A stretch of DNA of 64,000 nt, taken from Raillietiella orientalis (taxonomy: Eukaryota). Location: positions 1,054,001 through 1,118,000 of the forward strand of contig JAYWIR010000030.1 of assembly GCA_036172245.1 (NCBI GenBank), read 5' to 3'. Below, piece by piece: positions 53,919-64,000 of the stretch (its first letter is position 1; every line of letters starts with the position of its first letter). Under the pieces are notes generated by a model that did no database searches, was not told the DNA's origin, and saw only the letters and a program-made list of their open reading frames with translations. The position numbers and the translations under genes were made by a program.

Positions 53919-56543
53919 CAGCAGCAGCCGGATTAGCATTTCGTTTGGCGAGGCTCGTTCTTCTCCAGTGAAATCGAATTCGAGTTTCCCTTTTTCCTTC
54001 TCCTCCTCCCTCTTTCTCCTTCTTCCTCCTCCCCCTTCCGAGGCACCAGCAAGCTGTTCCGTGCAAATGAGTGCAGGGATGAAGTCTTCAAGTCGGCATT
54101 GCACAAGCCAGCGCGGGATGACTGTGTGTCGCCCAGGATTTGCGAACTTTCATGCGGAATTCCTGTAATCGCTGTTGCCTTGGAGAACAAACAGTCTGAC
54201 ACCTGCCTTCGAAAAGGGGGGGGGGGGAGGAGGGGGGGGGGAGAGAAGAGCATTCAGCAACCGATGAAGTAAGCGTTGGTGAAAAGATTTGACTGCGACT
54301 CGGAATGCTGCCACTTTGCGCGACAGATAGGATCAACGGTTGCCTCTGTCCCGCAGTCCGGAGTATCCGCTTTAATACGGGATCACGTCATCCCGGTGGC
54401 TGCATGTCATCAATCGGATAAGTGATCAGTGTGAAATCATCATTCAACGCTAGTGAACGGGATAACCCGCCACGTTCCCCGCAGAGAAATCGGATCTGAC
54501 GAGGCTCGAGCCGGCCGTCGGAACGTGGGTCCTCCCTCCCCCATTGCTAGGTTGCACCGTCGTTCCTGCACTCGGAAAACGCCCCCCCCCCTCCCTCCCT
54601 CCCTCCCTCCCTCCTCTCCGCCCCAAAGAAAGAAAGAAAGTGCCCCGAGATCCGAGTCGTTCAGATTTTATATACGCTCATTTACGAAATGCCAAACTTC
54701 CCGCATCACGAAGTTGGGTTTTTACGCGGAACTGCGACCACCGCCAACTTCCCCGACTCGCGGCCCTCGTCGTCATCCGTCCCCAGCTCCGAAGAAGCGT
54801 GCAGAAGGGGAGGAGGGGGACGGGTCGCCCGGGCCCTTTTGCGTCTCCTGACTCTGGACCGAGCGGTTTTCAGGTACAGTTCGCCTCTTTGTTCTGACAA
54901 TTGTCTTCCTGCAGTGCTTCCCCGTAAAGTGACAGTCATCAATTTCCGTACGCGCGTCTTTGAGAGTGCGAGCCTGGAAGAGACGAAGCGTCCCCCTTCC
55001 CCCCCCCCCCGTGCTCCCTGCTAAAAGGTTCACCGTTTGTGACTTTCGGGATGCGCTCTGAGCGTTCGGCACGTGGTCATTAAGCGAGTTTGATCGATTA
55101 TAGATGATTCCCAGCTATCGAGAGGGAACCGGACCCTGGTTTCGATTCATCGGAGAAACCGCTTCTGTGAGAGAGAGGGAGGGAGAGGGAGAAATGTCTT
55201 TTTATTCATGACCTGTCGCACTACTTCTTGACGGTGGTGGTCACACACAACAAGTCTGCAAAGGTCTGGCCAGGACGACCGGCGTAAAAAGTCTCTGCGT
55301 TTACTTACTCTGCGGTGAATTTGGTTACTCGAGGACGTCGTCGTCCACCTCTTGGTCGTGGCTTCGGGGAGGGGGAAGTGTCCTCCTCCCCCCCCCCCCC
55401 CCAACGGGAAAGTGAGTTCTTGCTTGTGCACATAGTATCGCCCTTATCTGATATACATTTGCCGTAAAAATGTGCAGAGTTAATTACGTACGATGCATGA
55501 ATTTCATCAAAGTTCCCTTCTCAATAAGGTGTACGACGAGGTGATTTTAAAAAGCAATTAACTGTTTCGTGATTCATTACCAGAATTGGTATTTTTGTAA
55601 ATGCCGCTTCGTAGTAAAATTCGATTTTTTTTTTTTTTTTTGAAAAAAAAAAACAAAATCATTATTGATTTTCTCTTTTATTATTATTATTTTACCAAAC
55701 AGGAAGTCTTGTGTTGATCGGTACACGTTTCGGAAACCCCTTGTCTTGATTGTACAGTGAAAAGTTGTAGAATCCGATTTATAGCGGTGATTACGAAAAA
55801 ATCGCAAAGTACATTTTTTTTTTTTTTTTTTTTTGAGGGGGGCGGGAAAATAAAACAAAAAAGCCGGAACGCGCTCATTTGAGAGACTCAAGTCCCCCCC
55901 CCCCCAAAAAAAAAAAAAAAAAAAAAAATAAAGGTTCCAATTTTTTCTTTTGTTTTTTCGAATTTCCTTCTCCCCGGGAGGGGGAGGGGGTAGGGAGGAA
56001 GAGTTCTCGTGCACGTACTGACGGTTTGCGCGCGGGTCCCCGAGAAGCACCAGGCAACCCTACGACGCCCCATCGCCCCGCGATTAGCTGATACCCCAGT
56101 CGGCTAGGTCCTGGAATTAAAAAATCAATGCGGAATGATAGCGTAAAAAATAAAGACTCCCTTCTTTGTCTGTGGGCTTGCCAATCAGGAGCAGTTTCGA
56201 ACGGATTGTGATAAACTGTTTTGATTATTGACATGCGTGCTGTACAAATACACAATTTCGTAGGGGTGGACTTTTTTGTTTTTTTTTTGCTCTTTCGAAG
56301 CAGCAGCAGTGGGTGGGTGGGTCGGGGCCCCAGTGCAGTTTGGCTTTTGCGATGGGCAGATGCATTTTGATGTGTACAGCGAGGGGAAAGAAAGTATTCG
56401 AGTGACAAACAACGTTACCCGGAGAAATTCTATGGCCGTGACGTCATCTCCATATTTCTTGATTTCTTAATAATATGCTGAATAAGTGTTATGCTTGAGA
56501 TCACACCTATTTGAAAGGAAAGGAAAAAAAAAAGATAAAAGAA

Positions 56544-56590
<47 letters not shown>

Positions 56591-56929
56591 GGGAAAAAAA
56601 AGAAAAAAAAAAAGAGAGATGCTCGTGCTTTTTCCCTTCGAAGAGGGCGTGAAACTCTTGCCGTGTTTATCAAGTGCGATTCAGGCTTATTTCAGATTTA
56701 TTTAAAGAATGGCTGTTTACGTCGGTGTTGTGATTATCGTTGGGACGGAATTGCGAGTGCAGAGTGCAGGTCGGAAGCATAAAGGAATTGCGAGAAAAGT
56801 GCAGTGCTTTGTGCAGATGTGTAAATACTGAATTATGTGTTTTTATGTAGAGTGTACGTAGAAGTGATTGATGAATGAATATGCAAGGCAGAAGCTCCTT
56901 CGTATGATGTATTTCGGATAATTCTTACC

Positions 56930-57480
56930 ATTACTTGTAGCTAATACATGCTAGTGTTATGTAGATCGTCACCGTTAGTTTGTGTTGGAAAAGATTCGAG
57001 TTTTCCTTGTATTCCTTTAAATGTGTCCAATAAGTTCCTCTGCGGTAATGTAAAATCAGCATGAAACCATGGAACATAAGCTCTAGCAGTATCCGTGAAT
57101 TTAATGTGTAGATGATTTGCAGTGAAAGACACTTCAGGAAAGTGGACACTCAGTACATGCATGACATGTAGAAACGAAATTGAGTGAGCTGAATAAAACA
57201 CACGATTGTGCAATCTCATGTACTTGCAAGTAAGTAACCGATTTTTTTTTTTTGTTCCTCCCTCCCCCCCCATAATGTGTTCCTTGCTGTAAATTGAATC
57301 TGACTTGATGGGAATTATGTGTTCATACCTGGACGATAAATGTTGTGCCTTCTCGGTGTTTGTAGGTTTAAAAAGATAAATATCAGAGTCACACGTTCCC
57401 GGTTCTACATAGCGAAGTATAGGATGAATAAATTTGAATTACCTTCGCTTAAAAAATCTATATGACTACCTACGTTGTGT
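56930..57480 (-). mobile_element. PLE RT/thumb fragment (AT-rich)
   Basis: ORF 56941-57273 contains ISFLHV..HIKFTDTARAY, resembling IxFLD..YxKPTDxxxY. Confidence 0.5.
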
Positions 57481-57739
57481 TATCCTTGTTAGACTGTATT
57501 TGGTCCTTCGTTCTTGGAAATCCAGCGCACATATATATATATATATTACCCTGACTTTCGTTGATAGTGCAATCAGCTTCCCTGTTAAATTTCAAACATA
57601 TATTTGGATCACATATACAGAACATTTTCGTTTTAATCGTCATGGATTTTAATATTGTTCAAGTGCCGTTTTCGTTCCAGAGATATCAGTAATCAGAAAC
57701 TTAATCATTTGTAAACTTTCTGGACATTGCAAAAATATT

Positions 57740-58019
57740 TTTACTCCAAAAATATTTTTTGTTTTAGAATAAATTAAAATAAATAGACCTTCATTACCAC
57801 ATAAAAAATAACTAGTTAATCCAAACACTTATTTTAAAGATAAAACTTAAAATCTCAACCTCATTTTAATTAATACTACTTCATACATAAACCATTATTA
57901 ACTATGTTCCACTCATAAATACTTTAAAAATCAACGTTAACTTAAAATTAAAATCTTATAACATCTCCATAAACCGCACAACCCACTAATAATCTATTAC
58001 TAAACATCTTATACGAACT
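57740..58019. other. Probable second NUMT segment (possibly an NADH dehydrogenase subunit; identity uncertain)
   Basis: AT-rich and strongly A/C-skewed on +, typical of mtDNA. It abuts the cox3-like segment, which has the opposite skew. Confidence 0.4.
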
Positions 58020-58565
58020 AGTGTCTTGGAGAAATTAAAGGAGTAGTAGTAAGATGAGATTTTGAAAGGATGTTGTCTGGGGCGGCTGATGAAGAATTTA
58101 TCTTCATAGTTGGGTAATTTCATATGGAGTAATAGTGATTTTTAAAGAGTCTTTTCATTGCAAAGAAAATGAAGAATTTTTTACATTCTCTTGAAAGTTT
58201 CTTGTCGGAGGAATACCGAAAAATAATTTTTAAACAAAGATTAAAAATTGGTGGTAGCTGGAGGGTCATCAGATTAATGGTGCTGTTCAAGTAGATTATT
58301 ATCACATTGATACTGATTACGATTGATGCTTTAAACATTTGTGGATCAATTGTTGTGGGCGTTAAAAAATGTTGGTGGATAAAAATCATAGGTTATGTTG
58401 GTAGCAATAGCTAATAACAATGGCCAGTTTTCAAAATGGAAATGACCCAGAAATAATGAATGAAAAAAAACTTCAGAAGAAAGTGTTATCAAAAATATGG
58501 CGTAGGTGGCTATTTTATAGGGTTTAACCATGTGGTAGGATTTCCAAATTAAGACCAAATTAACA
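58020..58565 (-). pseudogene. Nuclear mitochondrial insertion (NUMT), cox3-like, degenerate
   Basis: Minus strand reads SSEVFFHSLF..FHF..YPP..IDP, resembling COX3 SEVFFF.FFW.FFH..WPP..P. Strong strand skew; frameshifted. Confidence 0.65.
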
Positions 58566-60017
58566 TTTCACATTTGTAGAAAGTAGAAGACTTAGAATTA
58601 CTGCAACAAAATTTGACCTACTAAAGCAAAGTATAAGGATTCTATATTGCATCTATTGTAAACATAAACAGAGTAGTTGTAATCTCCAAGCTATGTGCAT
58701 GGTGTCAGTATCTTTGCTTTTATATAGCATGCTTAATGGATTGTACCTACCGTAATTATCTGATTAGTTATTCTAGCTTGAGCAAGTGCAAGTATTTCCT
58801 GTATTCTATGGAAGAGTGGTTGCTATTGAAGATTATGCACCATATATGTGGTTAAAATTGAAAATCTTCGGCATAATTTCTAATTTAATTGGATAGCTAT
58901 TGAATTCATTATTGGTTCTCCACTTTTAGAACATATGGGCTGTAAAACTAGTGCATGCTTGACTGTAAGGCTGTCAGAATGGATTCAAAGATGCTTTGTC
59001 ATTTAGAAGTAGCAGTGCAATGAAACGTGAATGTTGGAAAAATGGATTTTGGATTTTACTTTGAATGATTTCATTGGAGGTTGCGGTTCAGTTTTTGAAT
59101 TTTTTACATGATTGTTACAACCCTGTGATTACTAGGCATTGTTTAACCTGAAAATTTCATAGTTAGAGTAAAACGAAATCATTCAATGGAATAGAGGTGT
59201 GCTTCCTGTTGACTTCATGGTTTCTAAAGTTATTCTTAAACTTTATTCTTTAGAGGAAAATAGTTAATGTCAAAAACATAAAGCCTACTCCGCAGAAAGT
59301 ATTTTTCGTTACAAGATGTAAAAGTCGACTTGGATTGTATTGTTGTCGAGTTTAGAATAAGTATGATTATTAAGAATGTAAAAGTTTATACAGTGATTGT
59401 AAAAAATGTTCCATATCTTTCATTAGGTGCTTGTTTTTACTTCAACACCAAAAAATGAATGCAATTTTTGGTTTTTTTGATCCTCGAAGCATTTTTTTTC
59501 TTTCAATTTTTGAAAGCTTTTTGCAAACCCATGATGTATGCGGTTTTTCTTCACACAAATTCCTCTTTTTGTTCCCTTTTGCATTTCATTCCTGTGTGTT
59601 CCATTTGAAAACTATCCAAGCCATTGTTTTTTTCTTGTTAATTATTTAAAAATTTGTTATTTTGCATTGTAATGCATTAATATGCAAATATGCATACCTT
59701 CTCCATTATGCCAAAGTGTAAATGATTTGTGACAAGCAGTTTGTTTGTGGTCCAAAGTACGAATGTGAAATTGTCATATTCTTAATTACAGCAAAATGGT
59801 AAAATTTATTGGGATCTTGTATTTATATCCCAGGAAGTTCACATAATGAAGTGTTTGAATGCTAAGTTCTGCACGTGTTTAATAATGCGAACTTTGAATT
59901 CGTGGATTCCAGAATATATTACTGTTATGAAAAATGTCTGTCAGTGCATTTCCATAAGCAGTGTGTGAACAATAAGATATCAGACTTTAAGCTAGTGATG
60001 CATTTACTACTTCAATT

Positions 60018-63000
60018 ATGGATGCCAGTAAATTAAGCAAATCACACAAAAAGTGTAGTGAAGATGCAGGTTCTTCTCAGCATTTTGTGAAGATAGGAAT
60101 TGAATCTGCCTCTACATCTTTGTGCAATACTCCTCCAATATCATCTGGAAGCTTGGATTTATATGGTAGTCATATTTTTGGATGGCAGGATAATATTGTT
60201 TTGTAGCAAACAGTTCATTGCTGGGAGTAAACAGTTATCCAGGCTTTCTTCCATTTCCTGCCAATTTACGCATGATGTCTCCTCAGCAGAATTTAGGCTT
60301 TCCTGCAACTTGCAACATGGGGAATTCTTGCATGCCAGTAGGGTCATTTGCAGAATCCGATGCAAGCAAGTACAAATTGCTATATAGAATTGCAAAGTGT
60401 CTGTAGATGCCTGGTGGAACATTACTTCTCGCCTGGCACTGCATGATTATTTTTCTCAGTTGTCTTCTGCTGCTCCAAGTTCTGAGACCTTTGTTAATTC
60501 TTTGGAATTGCTAGCTGCCCAGCAAGCTTACTTCAGTAAGTTATGCATTTGTGTCATTCTTGTTAATCTCTCAAAAGCTGGAAAGCTGTGGGAGTATCAG
60601 AAAAATTCTGCAATTCATAGCTCTGTATCTACCAGTAAAATGAAGAATGAATTGCCAAAGAAAAAGTAAGTCTTGATACCATGTTCGGGTATTTTAACTA
60701 ATCGAATATCAGGAAGGTAGATGTGACAAAGAAACCATCTCACTTGATGTCTCATTTGTTGACTGATCACAGACCATTATCACATGTTAGAAAGAATGAT
60801 GAATCAAGAAAGCAGCATTCATCAAACACATCCCACGCCTCACCACAGGTTAATTGATAGCAAAAAAAATGAAAATAAATGTGCTTCCTAATCCTTATGG
60901 GTCTGTTGTAGCATCATGAAACTGGTCCCTTAGCTAGCAGAGAAAAATGCTCTACGCAGAGTCACAAGTTGCCCGTATCTGTGCCCCAATTGTGGTCACC
61001 CATTTGTGACACTGAAGAAGTAGGTCCCCTAAATCTTTCAATGAAAAAGCCTCAAAATCAAGTGAGCAATTGTGATGGGGAGAATTGTGTGTTAGCCAAA
61101 GAACTCTGTAACATCAAGAATAAGCAGAAGCCAGCAGAAGAAAATAATCGTTATCCTCTTGTGAAAAAAGAAGCTTCCACATTTTCAGTGATTAAATCTA
61201 GCAAAAAAGAACAGAGTTTATCATCTAGAAGTCCTATTAACCAAAGTATATTAAATGGAAAGAAAACAGACTCTGCTATAGCCTCCAATCATGGAAAGTT
61301 GATGGATGGTGTGTTTGAAGTTCATCTTGGTGAGAAGGTGAATTTCGAAGTAAAAGAAATTCGAAAAATATAATAGTGTCAGTTACAGACAGGATTGCTG
61401 TGCAAAGCAAGAAGTGTGACAAGGAATCCTGCTCAGTTGAAGAAAAATACGGTAGCTTCTCTGTTGGCACAGAGTCGTCAGATGTCTTTGAACTGCAGTA
61501 TAGAAAATGGCTCTAATGTTGCTAAGCAAGCATCTCCATCGAAAAATTTAGAGTCTAGGGAAGAGATTCGTCAGTTGCAATTTGTATCACCAGCTGCCAA
61601 ACCTTTTTGTTTGGAAAAAAATGACCCTGAAGTTATTTCTCCAGCATGGGATAGTGGTTCTGACAGTCATGCATCAGCAGATGAAGACCCTGAATCCAGT
61701 GTTTCCCACAATAGGGAAACAATGCTCACTAGCTGTGCTCCTAGTAAGCTGGATTACGACAGGGTAGTCAGTAGTGTTTTTTTGCAGTACGGAAAAGACG
61801 CAGAGTCATTAGGAACTTGAAAGATCTGCAAATTCCATTGCAACAGGGTTGGAGAAGGGAAACTGTAGTTAGAGTATTCAGTCCTTGTGGACCACGTGGC
61901 CAAGTCTTTTATTTTGGTCCTTGTGGCAAAAAACTGCGCCATTATCCAGAAGTTATGAGAGTAAGAGTAGTAGTTGTTTTCTCAGCATGTTAATTCCTTG
62001 CAGTATTTGGATCGGTGTCAGATATCTGGTTTAACCAGGGATAACTTTAGCTTTAGCACAAAAATAATGCTGGGCGAATTTCTTGTGCCAGAAGGAAATA
62101 AAGGCTTTTTGAGATTGAGTCCTATGCAAGCATGGCAGCAAGTAGAGGAAGCAAAAATGACCAAAGCAATTCGTATTGGTGGAATGCGCAGTCGAGATGC
62201 CTCGGGAGCTGTTCAGGAATGCAAAAACATACCGGAAAATTACTTTGCTGATAATTCACAAAACTTTGGTACTGCAAAGTCAACTACACATCTCCAGAAT
62301 GCCGAAAATTGCCTTTCTCAGTACGTATTAAAGCGTTTTTTTTTTTTTTTCTCTCTTCTGTTAACTGCATTCACTAGAGTATTGGAAAAAACAACCACAC
62401 ATCATCTTTCAGAGGACTCGAATTCTTTGGTGATGTTAAACCAAATGCCAAACCAACAAAAACTAGCATCATGGTTGCCTCCATCACTGATGTCCAATCA
62501 GGTGAGGTATTCATTTCTGCCACCATTTTGATTCCGTTTTAGGCCTATGATTTGGGGTTTGATGATCCTGCAGAGGTGTTTTTGACTGTGGAAATGGTAA
62601 AAATTGACTGCTAAGGTTTCTTGACTGGTTTCGTTTTGTCAGGAAAGAGAGCGACGTCGACAGCATGCTTCTGCTGTACGTGCACTGGAGAACCGCAAGC
62701 GTTGGGAAGAACGAGAGCGCCGCCGACAAGCACAAAAAGCTGAGAAGCAATTGGATCGTGAGAAACGATCAAAGCAAAGGCAGCAAGACCAGTTGCTCTT
62801 GAAAGAAAGTCGTAAGCCAGCTGAAGATTTAGAATTGAGTGGTAAGTGTCAGATGTAGGGCATGTGCTTCAGTACATGGATTAGACCAGAAACCTCTTAA
62901 GAAGTTGGAACGCATCCCTAACTTACTGTTAGCAGGACGTTGTTTTGCAGACGTTCTCATGGTGCATGAATTTTTGCACAACTTTGGAGAGACTTTGGGA

Positions 63001-63980
63001 TTTGGTAAAGCTAGAAATTTGGAGAAAAAGGAGTGCATGTATATTTTCAGACATGGATAGTTTGCCTACTTTAAATACTCTACAACTAGCACTGCTAAAT
63101 AATGAACAGGCGGAAGAAGAGCTCCTTTCAGTTATGATGCACTTAATGGTTTGTGCAATTGAGGATCCTGGAATTCCTCATCCTGGCCGCCACACTACAC
63201 TGTTGGGTCAATCTTTGCGTCAAGCAGATATCACGGCCTCGACCTTATCTGAAGTGTTGCGGATTTATTTAAGAGCGCAAGCCATTGGCAGTGTACTAAC
63301 TTCTCTTGGAGCATGCGGCGAATACAAGAAAGATATGCAATTAGAAAGAACAGTGATATTTCAACAGCAGTTGCATTCTCATCCCATTTATCATATGGCA
63401 GAATGGCTCCAGTGTCACCCATTTCTTTCTTTGGCACCATCTCGAAAAGCTGCCATTTTAGCATACCTTTGCAATGAATTGTTGTCTAATAAAGCAATCC
63501 TCAGGCAGATAGATGGCTGCATAGAAGAAGTTTCTCAACTGCGCCGTCAGAAGTGGCAACTAGAAGGGCGACTACGGAGGTTTGTCAGTTATGTGCCAAT
63601 GCAAACCTGATTGGAAATTTAGATTTGGAATAGCTTTAGAACAGACATCAAGTAGCAACAAAGAAGAAAGTGATGCTGGGAGTAAGCAGCTGGAGGCTGA
63701 TAATGGTAATGGAGAGGAAGATGATGATGATGCAGAAGATCCTAGTTATAGTGAATCAGAGAGTTGCTCCGCAATTCAGGAAGTGGAACTCCCAGAGGAG
63801 GTTTGTTTTTGTAAGACAGCCAGTGCATTACTTTTTTGATATATAGGAAACAAATCGTTGTACTTCGAGAGAAGATTTGGAACTGGAAATTAAAAAACTT
63901 GAGGAAGAAAAGGAGACATTAAAGCATGAATGTTGGGTCAAAGCTGGTCAACTGAGAGCTCTTCATCTAGGACAAGACAG
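60018..63980 (+). CDS. BAZ2B: Bromodomain adjacent to zinc finger 2A/2B (toutatis)-like; 3'-incomplete at window end
   Basis: In-frame exons 60018-60165, 60207-60365, 60407-60535, 60578-60665, 60713-60848, 60912-61337, 61389-61743, 61788-61960, 62004-62320, 62378-62501, 62543-62596, 62643-62841, 62885-63004, 63051-63579, 63623-63800, 63847-63980. MBD/TAM: LQIPLQQGWRRET...GPCGKKLRHYPEV...TRDNFSFSTKI. Coiled coil: ERERRRQH. DDT: FADVLMVHEFLHNFGETLGF. WHIM1: KAAILAYLCNELL. WHIM2 start: LHLGQDR. The start codon is tentative. Confidence 0.92.
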
Positions 63981-64000
63981 GTAATTAAAGCCTGTCAATA

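Noticed and set aside
54496..54516. CTGACGA followed by a GGCT/AGCC stem
   Set aside because: Followed by GGCC rather than GAAA.
1..64000. CRISPR array, rRNA, telomeric or spliced-leader repeats, prokaryotic operons
   Set aside because: No regularly spaced repeats or such signatures were seen; the genes have spliceosomal introns.

Overview
This window is eukaryotic (invertebrate animal) genomic DNA with very compact GT-AG introns, mostly 41-67 nt. A clade I nematode is plausible but cannot be established from the sequence. Three spliced protein-coding genes can be reconstructed on the + strand. (1) A clan-3-type cytochrome P450, 5' exons not found, exons 1424-10856, with three introns swollen by mobile elements. 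(2) A complete STARD3/MLN64-like MENTAL+START gene, 23240-27587. (3) A BAZ2A/B-toutatis-like chromatin gene (MBD/TAM, DDT, WHIM) starting at 60018 and running off the window end. Most remaining sequence is decayed mobile DNA. It is dominated by more than a dozen Penelope-like element (PLE; RT + GIY-YIG) relics, recognisable only by reading motifs across frameshifts. There are also Ty3/Gypsy, BEL/Pao and L1/Tx1-like relics, a TIR element in STARD3 intron 1, and a composite mitochondrial insertion including cox3-like sequence. The window is split into AT-rich, CpG-poor gene islands and GC/CpG-rich, homopolymer-rich TE deserts. Most long ORFs in the supplied track are artefacts of GC content or TE decay. 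I found no CRISPR array, rRNA or convincing tRNA. I also found no intact novel system; the findings are hypotheses from manual reading, and TE boundaries are approximate.
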